From the UHGV virus genome UHGV-0038496: a stretch of DNA of 64,000 nucleotides; one strand, given 5' to 3'. Position 1 is the first letter of the stretch. Each line of letters opens with the position of its first letter. Below are positions 19,270-29,016 of this stretch, piece after piece. This DNA is from a virus. A program made the translations under genes and the position numbers. The notes beneath the pieces are model-generated. The model ran no database searches and had not been told where the DNA came from. It worked only from the letters and a program-made list of their open reading frames with translations.

Positions 19270-20244
19270 TGTAGAAGTTTCTTGAGTAAATACAACGATC
19301 CTGTAACAGGTGAAGAGAAATATCTCGGTCGTTTCAACTTAGGTGTGGTAAGCCTGAACCTACCTATGATTGCAGCTCGTTCCAAAGCTGAACAGGTAGA
19401 TTTCTTCAAACTGCTTGACGAGTATCTTGAACTGGCGTATGATGCTCATATGGTACGTGTGAACCGTTTGAAAGGCACAAAAGCTGGACAGAACCCGATC
19501 ATGTGGTGTGAAGGTGTTCTGGCTCGTCTTGATCCTAATGAGGAGATTGACAAACTGTTCTACGATGGCTATGCTTCTATAAGCATCGGCTATATTGGTG
19601 TTTATGAAACATGCCAGATCCTTGGCAGAGAAGGCGACAAAAACCTTGCTCTGGGTATCCTCCAGCACATGAAGGATAAATGTGTTGAGTTCAAAGAACG
19701 CAGCAGATTAGGTTTTAGCCTGTACGGCACACCAAGTGAAAATCTCTGCTATAAAGCGGCTACTTGCTTAGACAGGGCGTATCCTGGAGTTCTGGAGCAC
19801 GAAAGGGAATATCTGACTAATTCGTTTCATCAGCCAGTCTGGATCAAGAGCAGTCCTTTCGACAAGTGGGACTATGAAACCGGATTCGCAGCGATCTCCA
19901 ACGGAGGGTTCATAGGTTACGTTGAACTACCTAATTTACGTAACAATCTCGATGCTTTGGAAAAAATTGTTGATTACGGGTACACCCATTTGCCATATTT
20001 CGGCATCAACATGCCTGTTGACCAATGCTTCAAATGTGGCTTCCGTGGGGAATTTTCTGCCACTGCAAAAGGGTTCTGCTGCCCTGAGTGTGGTAACCAT
20101 GACGAAAGTAGCATCAGTGTGATCCGAAGAGTATCAGGCTATCTGTCTGCACCTAATGCTCGCCCATTCAATCGAGGGAAACAATCGGAGGTGTTAGAAA
20201 GGGTTAAACATGTCGGCAACGTAGATTGTTGTAGTATCTGTTAA
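19270..20244 (+). CDS. nrdD: NrdD, exon 3 (glycyl-radical domain)
   Basis: CRSFL ... GRFNLGVVSLNLP ... CFKCGF ... CPECG zinc ribbon and RVSGYL glycyl-radical motif; the three exons total 712 codons. Confidence 0.75.
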   Translation, partial: CRSFLSKYNDPVTGEEKYLGRFNLGVVSLNLPMIAARSKAEQVDFFKLLDEYLELAYDAHMVRVNRLKGTKAGQNPIMWCEGVLARLDPNEEIDKLFYDGYASISIGYIGVYETCQILGREGDKNLALGILQHMKDKCVEFKERSRLGFSLYGTPSENLCYKAATCLDRAYPGVLEHEREYLTNSFHQPVWIKSSPFDKWDYETGFAAISNGGFIGYVELPNLRNNLDALEKIVDYGYTHLPYFGINMPVDQCFKCGFRGEFSATAKGFCCPECGNHDESSISVIRRVSGYLSAPNARPFNRGKQSEVLERVKHVGNVDCCSIC

Positions 20245-20298
20245 CAGAGGTAGGAGCCACCTCTGGTGGGTGGCTCTATACCTTCGTAGGGAGGAGTT

Positions 20299-20808
20299 AT
20301 GAATGGAAGATGTTCTATACCTGTTCCTAAAGGTAGTAACGGAGAAATCTTATGGGATGAAATTTTCATAGCCAAAGATAAAGGTTTAGTGTGGAAATAC
20401 GACAGAAGGATGGTTAAAGCTGGCGAGAAGGCAGGTACAAAACAGAAAAATGGCTACTTTGCTGTCTATGTTTGTGGGAAACAGTATTATGTTCACCGAA
20501 TAGTTTGGGAAATGCATAATGGTCCTATACCGAAAGGTAAAATGATTGACCATGTGGATCACGACAGAGAAAACAATGATATAAGCAATCTTAGGCTTGT
20601 TGATGATAAAGGCAATACGAGAAATGTATCCTTGAGAGCAGACAACAAGTGTGGTTGCCCTGGTGTGTGCTTCGACAACACAAGGCAGAAATGGCTTGTC
20701 ACTATTTGCGGGAAATACATAGGTAGGTTTGATACCTTGTTTGAAGCAATTTGCGCCAGAAAATCTAGAAACGCAGAGCACGGCTTCCACAAGAACCACG
20801 GGAGGTGA
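20299..20808 (+). CDS. HNH homing endonuclease with AP2 domain (free-standing)
   Basis: HRIVWEMHNG ... IDHVDHDRENNDISNLRL; GVCFDNTRQKWLVTI AP2-like; GGGAGGAG RBS. Confidence 0.75.
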   Translation: MNGRCSIPVPKGSNGEILWDEIFIAKDKGLVWKYDRRMVKAGEKAGTKQKNGYFAVYVCGKQYYVHRIVWEMHNGPIPKGKMIDHVDHDRENNDISNLRLVDDKGNTRNVSLRADNKCGCPGVCFDNTRQKWLVTICGKYIGRFDTLFEAICARKSRNAEHGFHKNHGR

Positions 20809-21051
20809 CTATCGTAGCCCATAGAGGCCATTTAAATAAGGATAGCCAAAGAACACAAAGAGGTGCTGTTAAGATAAGCAAATGCTGATTGTTAGGTAAA
20901 GAAGAGGTTTAATTGATTAAAGAAAAGGTTGAGGAAATTGTCGAAAGTCCTGTAGAATGGTGTAAGCGAATGCAGGATGAAGCCGAGACAACAGAAGATG
21001 TGATGAATCACTATAAACTGGCCCAGATGTGGATGGGACGGGAGAAAAAAG

Positions 21052-21537
21052 ATGAACATAGTGGGGTATGACTCTACCTCTTATACAGAGGGTCCAGGTA
21101 TCAGGGTTGCTGTGTGGGTGTCTGGTTGCGTACATCACTGCAAGGGGTGTTTTAACGCTCATTATTTCGATCCGAAGGTAGGTACACCATTTTCAGAAAA
21201 ACATCTTGACAAAATACTTCAAGATCTGGATAATAGCTACATCGACGGAATCAGTTTCCTCGGTGGTGAACCTCTTGCACCTTACAACGTGGAAGGCGTT
21301 CTTTCAGTAATGCGAGAAATCCGCAAAAAATTTGGTGACAAGAAGACAATTTTAGTGTATACTGGCTACGTATTGGAAGAACTACCGATTTGGGTACGTG
21401 CCCAGGTAGAATGCCTTGCTGACATGATTATCGACGGCAGATATGAGAAAGACCTGCCAACAAAGAAACCTTTCCGTGGTTCTGATAATCAGTGCTTTTA
21501 TGTTAAGAAAGACGGCATCTGGCACAAGGTTGATTGA
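21052..21537 (+). CDS. nrdG: anaerobic ribonucleotide reductase activating protein NrdG (radical SAM)
   Basis: GPGIRVAVWVSGCVHHCKGCFN (CxxxCxxC) closely parallels E. coli NrdG. Confidence 0.85.
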   Translation: MNIVGYDSTSYTEGPGIRVAVWVSGCVHHCKGCFNAHYFDPKVGTPFSEKHLDKILQDLDNSYIDGISFLGGEPLAPYNVEGVLSVMREIRKKFGDKKTILVYTGYVLEELPIWVRAQVECLADMIIDGRYEKDLPTKKPFRGSDNQCFYVKKDGIWHKVD

Positions 21538-21574
21538 AAAGCAAGCAAACAATACGTAATACTTAAAAGATTGG

Positions 21575-21604
21575 TTGACAAAGCCCAGTAAACTTTGCTA
21601 TACT
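21575..21604 (+). promoter_or_regulatory. sigma70-like promoter (TTGACA, 18 bp spacer, TATACT)
   Basis: TTGACA at 21575-21580, TATACT at 21599-21604. Confidence 0.5.
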
Positions 21605-21757
21605 TAGTTCAACAAAACAGAGGAGGAGCCTTGAAATGGCTAAGAAAATGCTGAAAAAAGCTCTGAAGAAAGAAATGGCACTAGAGCTTAAACGTAGGCG
21701 TAAACACGAAGAGATTGAAAGGGCAAAACGTAAAGCAAAAGAAGAGGAAGAAGAATA

Positions 21758-22117
21758 ATGCCGATCAATGTAGACAAACGCAGAGCTTTGGCTCAGGAAT
21801 TTGTGGATTTAGTATTTCCACGTATGATGGCAGGCCATGCTGAAAGTATTCAGTTTGAACTGGAAGGTATTCGCCTGTTACTACAGAAATCTACCGATCC
21901 TCGTTTGATGAAAGACCTGGAAGCAAAAGCCAAACAGCTTGAAAAAGCATTGTTAGCTGAAACTCAGGCCAAAGTGCGGGAGATTATGGTGGATGCGATG
22001 GCGAAAGAGTTCTCCGTGAAAGAGTTGGAAGAACTGATCCACACAGAGAAACTTAACATTCGTGTACAAGGTGTAGCAGCCGGACTTGATCAATCTTTAA
22101 CTGAACTCCTGGGATGA
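21758..22117 (+). CDS. hypothetical protein
   Basis: ORF preceded by a small Lys-rich ORF (21636-21757). Confidence 0.45.
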   Translation: MPINVDKRRALAQEFVDLVFPRMMAGHAESIQFELEGIRLLLQKSTDPRLMKDLEAKAKQLEKALLAETQAKVREIMVDAMAKEFSVKELEELIHTEKLNIRVQGVAAGLDQSLTELLG

Positions 22118-22211
22118 TTCAAGAAAACAGCCGTTGATTAGGCCGTGCGGTGCTGAAGTGTAGCGGTCTGAAACAATATTCCCCAATTATCCTCAACTAA
22201 GGAGTCCCAAA

Positions 22212-23021
22212 ATGGGCAGAAGTTTAGAGACTAAAATGCGTCGTCAAGAGGCTCGTGAGGCTCGTAAAGAAAAACGCATGAAACATGCTGTTGAGAAATT
22301 TGCAGAGGAACGTGAAGAGATTCAGAAAGTTGAACCTCTGGTGGGCCTCAATCCTAAGCAAAAAGCTATGCTCCGTGCTCTGCGTGAAAAAACTCTTATT
22401 GTGGTAGACGGTTTAGCAGGGACTGGGAAAACATATCTTGCGGCGGCTTTTGCAGCAGACCTTTTCCGTGAAAACCAGATCGATAAAATCGTTGTTACTC
22501 GCCCTTTAGTATATTGCGGGGGGAAAACAAGCGGTTACAAACCTGGTGGCGTTGTAGAGAAAATGGGGCCGTATGTACGACCAATGCTGGAAGTAATTAT
22601 GTCTCGCCTGGGTAAAGGTGCTTATAAAACTGCACTGGCGAATGGTACTGATGGTCGTATTGAAATTCTTGAGTTTGAAAGTGTGCGTGGTCGTTCTATT
22701 GGTTCAAGCAAGTGCCCGACAATTCTGATTGTTGACGAAGCACAGAACGCAACACCAGAAGAACTTTTCAGTATGATCACTCGTATTGGTGAAGGCTCTA
22801 AAGTTATCTTACTTGGCGACGTATACCAACGTGATACTCGCAATTCTGGTCTGAAATGGTTAACAACTTTCATTGAAAACCATGAAGGTCTTGACGAGTT
22901 TGCTGAGGTTATTCACTTCAACCGTCCAGAAGATATTGTTCGTTCTGGCTTAACTAAAGCTATGATTACTGCTGTTATGGAAGATGCTGATGACGGTCTG
23001 TATGTTCCTATCAGTAAATAA
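22212..23021 (+). CDS. phoH: PhoH-like ATPase
   Basis: Walker A GLAGTGKTYLA, DEAQN and GDVYQRD motifs; AAGGAG RBS. Confidence 0.85.
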   Translation: MGRSLETKMRRQEAREARKEKRMKHAVEKFAEEREEIQKVEPLVGLNPKQKAMLRALREKTLIVVDGLAGTGKTYLAAAFAADLFRENQIDKIVVTRPLVYCGGKTSGYKPGGVVEKMGPYVRPMLEVIMSRLGKGAYKTALANGTDGRIEILEFESVRGRSIGSSKCPTILIVDEAQNATPEELFSMITRIGEGSKVILLGDVYQRDTRNSGLKWLTTFIENHEGLDEFAEVIHFNRPEDIVRSGLTKAMITAVMEDADDGLYVPISK

Positions 23022-23032
23022 TTGACAGGAGG

Positions 23033-23055
23033 GAGGGGTGTCATGCCCCTCTTTT
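23033..23055 (+). terminator. rho-independent terminator
   Basis: GAGGGG-tgtcat-CCCCTC hairpin followed by TTTT. Confidence 0.5.
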
Positions 23056-23061
23056 GCATAA

Positions 23062-23598
23062 ATGTCAAAAGCAAGAGAGATAGAGTTAAAATACGGTCAA
23101 GAAGGCTTCAATAAATTATTCCTTATAGACCAAAAGAACAATTTGGTGTGGAAAGTAAATAGAGGTGGTGGAGCAAGAATCGGGGATGTATCTTGCAACA
23201 GCAAAGACACTTCTGGTTACTTCATTGTTACAGTAGACGGTGTGCATCTGGCAGCTCATAGGGTTATTTGGATTATGAGGCACGGCGATATACCGGATAA
23301 CATGCAGATTAATCATATAGACCTGTGTAAAACCAATAATGCTGACTCTAACCATGAGCTTGTGGCACATGCTACAAATTGCAGGAGGAGAGGTCCCCAG
23401 AGGAAAAGCAAAACGGGTTATGGTGGTGTGCATTACCGTAAAGATCGGGATAAATGGAGAGTTTGCACAAGAAACGAGAAAGGTGAACGTGTAAACCTTG
23501 GGTGCTATGACGATCTCGACATGGCTAATACAGTTGTTACTTTGTACAAGATAACATTAGAAGCATTATTCGGAGAAGATTTTAAATATTTGTGTTGA
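23062..23598 (+). CDS. HNH homing endonuclease with AP2 domain (free-standing)
   Basis: HRVIWIMRHG ... INHIDLCKTNNADSNHEL; GVHYRKDRDKWRV AP2-like. Confidence 0.7.
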   Translation: MSKAREIELKYGQEGFNKLFLIDQKNNLVWKVNRGGGARIGDVSCNSKDTSGYFIVTVDGVHLAAHRVIWIMRHGDIPDNMQINHIDLCKTNNADSNHELVAHATNCRRRGPQRKSKTGYGGVHYRKDRDKWRVCTRNEKGERVNLGCYDDLDMANTVVTLYKITLEALFGEDFKYLC

Positions 23599-23623
23599 CA
23601 ACCATCGTCGTTTCTGTTATAGT
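23595..23623 (+). promoter_or_regulatory. sigma70-like promoter (TTGACA, 17 bp spacer, TATAGT)
   Basis: TTGACA at 23595-23600, TATAGT at 23618-23623. Confidence 0.5.
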
Positions 23624-23649
23624 TAGTCCCATCAAGAGGAGAACGAAGT

Positions 23650-23967
23650 ATGGCAGAAAAGAGATTTCTATCATTGCAAGAAAGACTTAACAAAGTGTAT
23701 TGCCTTGTCCCTAAAGGTGAAGGTTATATCGTAGCCAACAAGGGAACACGTAATGCATGGGTCAAGAATCCTGACGGTTCTGTAGAAAGTGTGGCAATCT
23801 TGACAAATTCGTCTTACAAGATGTTCACAGAGTCTATGGAATATTTCACAAGTGAAGTAAAATTTGTTGGAGAAAAGGTTGACATAGACGGTGTAATCTG
23901 GTACATTGTTGACATTGCAGGAATCCCAGAGAACGACAACACTTACAAATACGTTGTAGCAAGATAA
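23650..23967 (+). CDS. hypothetical protein
   Basis: ORF with AAGAGGAGAA RBS. Confidence 0.45.
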   Translation: MAEKRFLSLQERLNKVYCLVPKGEGYIVANKGTRNAWVKNPDGSVESVAILTNSSYKMFTESMEYFTSEVKFVGEKVDIDGVIWYIVDIAGIPENDNTYKYVVAR

Positions 23968-24021
23968 GGTGGTGATGCAGTAACGCTACAACAAGTCTAC
24001 CCTCACATAAGGATCGCTATC

Positions 24022-25035
24022 ATGAACAAATTTTATAACAATCGTCGTCAGCCTGAACGCAACGAGAAAGCAGTAGAACCGATGCAGAACAAAATGTTTG
24101 GTATGCCTGGTGGCATCATGGAAACATACAGCTATCCTGCTCCGGTTATGGATCACGTCATCTATATTGATGACTTAGAAGACCTTCAGGACCATCTATC
24201 TCGTTTACAACTGATCCGTATGCTGCAACCTGATGATTCTATTCGTATTATCATCAATAGCCCAGGGGGTTGCGTTAACATTGCTATGGCTTATCTCCAG
24301 GCAATGCGTGAATCTCAGGGCCATGTAGTTACTCATGCGGAAGGTATGGTTTGCTCTGCTGGTACTATTTTGTGGTTAGGTGCAAAAGAACGTACTTTGT
24401 CTCCGAACTGTGAGTTCATGTTCCACAACTATCAGGGCGGTACTTTCGGAGACGGTGCTAACATGCACGATCAGGTGACTTTCTTCAAACGTCATTTTGA
24501 TCGCTTGATTGATAAAATGTATACTGGGGTGTTAACTGAAGAAGAGATTGCTAAAATTAAAGGTGGTGGTCAGGTTTGGTTGAACGAAGAAGAGATCGCT
24601 GAACGTACTGGTGCAATCATCCTTGACGAAGAGAATATTGCACGTATTCAGGCTGGTCAGCAGGCTTTACCTTTCAACAAAGACCGTGGCGTGTTAGGTG
24701 AAGAAGGTTTACCGGAAGTTCATCAATGCAGCTCTATGGAAGAACTGGTAAAAGCTATCCATGAAGCGAAAGCAAAAAGCAATGAAGAAGATAAACCGAA
24801 AGATGTTTATCTGAATCTGCTGATGGACGATGGTCGTAACTTTAAACTGAACGTTGCAACGTTAAGTGAAGAAGAGCTGAAAGACTTCACTGTTGCAGAA
24901 CTTCGTGAGATTCTGGTTCAATTACACGGTGCTTTAACTGGTGAAGAAATTGAAGTTAAAGACAACAACCGTGGTCGTCTGGTTAAGAAAATCATCAAAG
25001 CTGGCAAAGATCTTCATGATAAATTGCTGGGCTGA
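24022..25035 (+). CDS. ClpP-like serine protease
   Basis: INSPGG, GMVCSAGTILWLGA, NCEFMFHN parallel ClpP active-site regions. Confidence 0.7.
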   Translation: MNKFYNNRRQPERNEKAVEPMQNKMFGMPGGIMETYSYPAPVMDHVIYIDDLEDLQDHLSRLQLIRMLQPDDSIRIIINSPGGCVNIAMAYLQAMRESQGHVVTHAEGMVCSAGTILWLGAKERTLSPNCEFMFHNYQGGTFGDGANMHDQVTFFKRHFDRLIDKMYTGVLTEEEIAKIKGGGQVWLNEEEIAERTGAIILDEENIARIQAGQQALPFNKDRGVLGEEGLPEVHQCSSMEELVKAIHEAKAKSNEEDKPKDVYLNLLMDDGRNFKLNVATLSEEELKDFTVAELREILVQLHGALTGEEIEVKDNNRGRLVKKIIKAGKDLHDKLLG

Positions 25036-25048
25036 TTAACATAACGCT

Positions 25049-25072
25049 AAGCCCTCTTCGGAGGGCTTTTTT
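25049..25072 (+). terminator. rho-independent terminator
   Basis: AGCCCTC-ttcg-GAGGGCT hairpin followed by TTTTTT. Confidence 0.75.
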
Positions 25073-25089
25073 GATCTGGAGATTTATTT

Positions 25090-25608
25090 ATGACCTGTGC
25101 TCGCAAGCCAGATAGTGAACGTAAACCCTATGATGAGTATGTCACCCCACAATATTTAGCGGATGCACTGTTTGAACTGATTGACTTCCCTGACCACTTC
25201 ACATTCATGGAGCCATGCAGAAACAGTGCAACAGGGCCGTTCTACAGTAATATGCCGTTAGGTTCAGCCTGGGGTGAGATTCAGGAAGGTGTAGACTACC
25301 TTGAAACAGATTATCCACATGTTAACTGCATTGTGACCAACCCGCCATTCTCTAAAGCCAAAGAGTTTATTGAGAAAGGCATGGACGATGCTGATGTGGT
25401 GATCATGTTACTCCGTCTTAACTTCCTTGAGTCAAAGACACGTTATGAGTGGTGGCAAACTCACCAACCCACAACGATAATCACCATTGCCAAGCGTCCA
25501 TCCTTCCAGGAGAACGGCAGAACCGATGGTCAGGCCTATGCCTTCTTTGTGTGGGATAAACAGGACCTGCTGAAACTTCCACCATTTATGTGGATAGGGC
25601 CAGAATAA
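25090..25608 (+). CDS. putative DNA N6-adenine methyltransferase-like protein
   Basis: IVTNPPFS (motif IV NPPF) and FMEPCRNSATGPF (motif I-like); unusually short at 172 aa. Confidence 0.45.
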   Translation: MTCARKPDSERKPYDEYVTPQYLADALFELIDFPDHFTFMEPCRNSATGPFYSNMPLGSAWGEIQEGVDYLETDYPHVNCIVTNPPFSKAKEFIEKGMDDADVVIMLLRLNFLESKTRYEWWQTHQPTTIITIAKRPSFQENGRTDGQAYAFFVWDKQDLLKLPPFMWIGPE

Positions 25609-25886
25609 TGAACGCCAGAGATACGCTACACAACCTAGCCAAAAAAGCTCCTATAACACTCCCAAAAGAGATGAACGAGCTTTATGATGCAGTTGTGGCT
25701 ACAGCCAAAGAAAAGGCGGTTGCAGGCTTCTTTGGCTGCTCATTTACGCTGAAAATACCTGAGCATCTGTCAGATTACATTCCTCACATGATAGCTGACC
25801 TAAGATCTGGCGGCATATCTGTAGATGTGATCGGGATGAATCCAGAAAAAGATGCCGTATTTGTGTTTTTGATGTTGACATGGTAA
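25608..25886 (+). CDS. hypothetical protein
   Basis: ATG overlapping upstream stop (TAATG). Confidence 0.4.
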   Translation: MNARDTLHNLAKKAPITLPKEMNELYDAVVATAKEKAVAGFFGCSFTLKIPEHLSDYIPHMIADLRSGGISVDVIGMNPEKDAVFVFLMLTW

Positions 25887-25923
25887 GAGAGGTGTGCTAC
25901 TATTCACAACATCGGAGGTGCTT

Positions 25924-26154
25924 ATGGCTTACGTTAAATTCAATATCTGGTTCCGCAAAAACAAACACTATACAGAGCTGTTCATCACACAAGGTGAAAA
26001 GCCTGAGGGGAATGGTTGGTGGTGCCGTGAGATGCTGCGTAAGGATGAGCACTTCAAAAGGCTGATTGGCATGATTCCGGCTGATGAAATTTATGATCTG
26101 GATCATGGCAGAGATGTGTTAGATTTAATAAAATACATGAACACTTGGAAATAA
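25924..26154 (+). CDS. hypothetical protein
   Basis: ATG at 25924 with GGAGGTG RBS. Confidence 0.4.
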   Translation: MAYVKFNIWFRKNKHYTELFITQGEKPEGNGWWCREMLRKDEHFKRLIGMIPADEIYDLDHGRDVLDLIKYMNTWK

Positions 26155-26166
26155 CAGGAGTCCACG

Positions 26167-26577
26167 ATGAAAATCGAAATCGTAACAGGTGAGAGCGGTA
26201 AGAAAGAAGTGAACGGTGAATTCGCCACAGTGGTGAAAGACACAATGTTCGAGAAAACTCATTTCGGTGAAAGTGTTGTTGGTGACACTGTTCAGGTGAT
26301 GGGTTTTGTACCTAAAGGTGCAACAATCCTGATCCTTGTAGCAGGTCAGGAACCTATGGAAGGTACTGTTGGCACAGACGGATACATCTGCATGACTGAA
26401 CACCCTCGTATGCAGATGGAAGATAGTGCAGGCAATCGTATCGGTTGCAAATTTGATGAAGTGGCTCTGATTTATGCAGAAGACCCTGAAAACTGCGAAA
26501 AAGAAGATATCATTGTTGGTAACGAACTCTTTGCTATTGAAGAGTTGTCAATGGTAGCTCCGAAAACAGTTCAGTAA
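26167..26577 (+). CDS. hypothetical protein
   Basis: ORF with CAGGAG RBS. Confidence 0.45.
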   Translation: MKIEIVTGESGKKEVNGEFATVVKDTMFEKTHFGESVVGDTVQVMGFVPKGATILILVAGQEPMEGTVGTDGYICMTEHPRMQMEDSAGNRIGCKFDEVALIYAEDPENCEKEDIIVGNELFAIEELSMVAPKTVQ

Positions 26578-26618
26578 GTTTCTTTAGCCTGCCAGGGATG
26601 GCCTTTCAGGAGGTTTAA

Positions 26619-26852
26619 ATGAAAGTTAAATTCCTTACCGACCACGGTTACCCATCCCTTTGTGATTGTGTTGGCAAAATTGTCCCCTGTAAACGCTTGA
26701 CAACCGATCCAACAATTGTTATAATCCGTGGTGTTGACTTACTGGAGGCAGGTGCAAAAGAGGGAAGAATATCTCCCGGATACACCTACTACATGTCCCT
26801 TCTGCCACTCCCAGAGCATGGCGGCTTGGGGTTCGAAATAGTTGAGGAGTGA
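26619..26852 (+). CDS. hypothetical protein
   Basis: ORF with AGGAGG RBS. Confidence 0.45.
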   Translation: MKVKFLTDHGYPSLCDCVGKIVPCKRLTTDPTIVIIRGVDLLEAGAKEGRISPGYTYYMSLLPLPEHGGLGFEIVEE

Positions 26853-26857
26853 CCACT

Positions 26858-27364
26858 ATGAGCAAGCTACTGTACACTTGGAAAGACTTTTACGTATCAC
26901 CGGATAAGATCCACACATATTATTACTATGCTTCAGGAAAACATACTGAAGCAGATGTAAAACGTCATCAAATCATGATGGCTAAAGCTAAATATGCTTA
27001 CTTTATCGCTGGTGTTTCTGAGGCAGTAGCTGCTTTTGTATCTTGCATGGATAAAGCGTTCGATGATAATACGCTTTACTTTGTTGAAGGTGAGGAAACA
27101 GGCCATCCAGAGCGCCGGGTAACACCATTCACTCTCGAAGGTCATGACCTGCCTGTTAAAATTGCTGTGAATTGGTATGATGGCTACAATGAATGTGGTC
27201 TGTATTCTTACAAAACTGTAGAAATAGAAGAGGAAGGACTCCTAACTAAAGCTGAGCGAGATTACATTGCAAGATTTATCTCTGAAGTGTTTGAAGAGTG
27301 TATGCGTGCTCATCACAGAAAAGCTCGTGATCGGATGATCCGCAATATGGCAGAATTTAAATAG
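26858..27364 (+). CDS. hypothetical protein
   Basis: ATG at 26858 with GAGGAG RBS. Confidence 0.45.
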   Translation: MSKLLYTWKDFYVSPDKIHTYYYYASGKHTEADVKRHQIMMAKAKYAYFIAGVSEAVAAFVSCMDKAFDDNTLYFVEGEETGHPERRVTPFTLEGHDLPVKIAVNWYDGYNECGLYSYKTVEIEEEGLLTKAERDYIARFISEVFEECMRAHHRKARDRMIRNMAEFK

Positions 27365-27375
27365 GAGTTGACACA

Positions 27376-27594
27376 ATGGGCATTGTTGAGCTATATTTCG
27401 GGGTAGCAGGATTGCTAATGATTGTTCTGGCAATTCTGTGTCTGAAGACTAAACGTCGGATCGATGGTGATGACGTTCACAATATCCTTGGGTTGGCAGG
27501 ACTGTGGCCTTTCCTGTTCCTGGGTTTACTGATCGGCGTAATCGATTGGGTTAAGAATATGCGTAAGTTGAGAGGAGGTGGTGATGGAAGATAA
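27376..27594 (+). CDS. small two-helix membrane protein
   Basis: Two hydrophobic segments. Confidence 0.4.
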   Translation: MGIVELYFGVAGLLMIVLAILCLKTKRRIDGDDVHNILGLAGLWPFLFLGLLIGVIDWVKNMRKLRGGGDGR

Positions 27595-27825
27595 TATTCA
27601 TGCCCAATTGCTGTGGCAAGTTCTCCACATCATAAAAGACCACAGAAACAATGCTGAAACGTTGGCTGATCAAATGTTGTTGCAAAACTTGCTGCATGAA
27701 GTTGTTGAACTGATCGAAGAGGTTGACCATGGGCCAAGCAATGCTGGTTGAGATGTTGACTGGGGTGTGCCTGTTCTTTGTTATCTTAGCGGGTGCAATT
27801 ATCCTTTATCACAAACTGAAAGAGG

Positions 27826-28038
27826 ATGATGAAGATGATTGACATTTCAAAGATTAATCCTGACAACATGTCTCTTGAACAGGCCAAAGAGTATATGCAC
27901 CAGCTAATAGATGTGTGGGAGATGGACTACCGCGCCCACAACGTTGAGCATGGTGATGAATCTTGGCCTATGATCCGTTCTAATTGGGACTGGATTGATG
28001 ATTTTAACTTCTTTTTGACTTTCGGCAAGGAGGATTAG
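27826..28038 (+). CDS. hypothetical protein
   Basis: Small ORF. Confidence 0.4.
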   Translation: MMKMIDISKINPDNMSLEQAKEYMHQLIDVWEMDYRAHNVEHGDESWPMIRSNWDWIDDFNFFLTFGKED

Positions 28039-28494
28039 ATGTTTGTGAAGTACGTCAGGTCTGGTCTTGAGAATCTGGATAAGAAGCACTGGATGATGCT
28101 CCTTGAGGCTGGTAAGATTGAAACGACAACTGGTGTGATTAAACTTTCACCATCAATTGACCATACCAAAGAGGTTCTTAGCATTTATGATTCTGAGGCG
28201 AATACACATTATTCTGTGTCAATGAATCGACTCATTGTGACTCGTGGTTCTGGAGGTAGCACAAAAGACTACGCTTTCGATGTGGTTACGGAGAAAGACG
28301 AAGGATCTGATAGTTTTAAAATGGCTGTCCATGATATGAATCGCTCAGTTGAGCGTATCCTGAAAGCTCTGCCTGAATCACGTTCTGAAAAGATTCGTAA
28401 AATTGTTAACAATAAGGTCAACTGGGTAGTTCTTGCCATCGTGATAGTGCAATTAATGCTTATTTTACACCACGTAGAGCTACTCTTTGAATAA
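28039..28494 (+). CDS. hypothetical protein with C-terminal membrane anchor
   Basis: ORF; C-terminal hydrophobic helix. Confidence 0.45.
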   Translation: MFVKYVRSGLENLDKKHWMMLLEAGKIETTTGVIKLSPSIDHTKEVLSIYDSEANTHYSVSMNRLIVTRGSGGSTKDYAFDVVTEKDEGSDSFKMAVHDMNRSVERILKALPESRSEKIRKIVNNKVNWVVLAIVIVQLMLILHHVELLFE

Positions 28495-28626
28495 ATGTTA
28501 CACAAGGATGTGTAAGAGGAGATGGTAACATGAAAAATTCATTAAGGAGTTGGCAGAGGGGGTGTACTGGTTTGCGTTCGGTGCAGTGTTAGGTCTTCTG
28601 TTTGTTGAAGCTATGAGGCTCATTGT

Positions 28627-29016
28627 ATGAAAAATTTTCTGTTCAGTGTTGCTTTCGCCAAGTGTATGCTTGCTTTAGGTATCCTTCTGTTTTGCGGATT
28701 AGGCCTAGGATTCATTATTCATACACTGGGTGAAGATTATAAAGATCAGGAGGCTTACGCTTGCCAGGTTGCAACGTACACGCTCCAACAAAGTGGCTAC
28801 GAAGAAGTCTGTGTTGAAGCGACAATTGATGAAAAGTTGACTAAGAACAAAGATTTCTTCCACGGTTATGCTATTCTTTCTTCTGGTGAAGAGATAGAGT
28901 TCTGGCTTTATATGGATGAAGACCAGGCTCAGATGAGAATGGAAGCTCCAGCCGCCAGTGATCCGGTAACGGAACCTGAGCGGTACTCTGGGCCAGCAGA
29001 TGGGGTTCGTATATGA
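28627..29016 (+). CDS. hypothetical protein with N-terminal membrane anchor
   Basis: ORF; N-terminal hydrophobic helix. Confidence 0.45.
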   Translation: MKNFLFSVAFAKCMLALGILLFCGLGLGFIIHTLGEDYKDQEAYACQVATYTLQQSGYEEVCVEATIDEKLTKNKDFFHGYAILSSGEEIEFWLYMDEDQAQMRMEAPAASDPVTEPERYSGPADGVRI

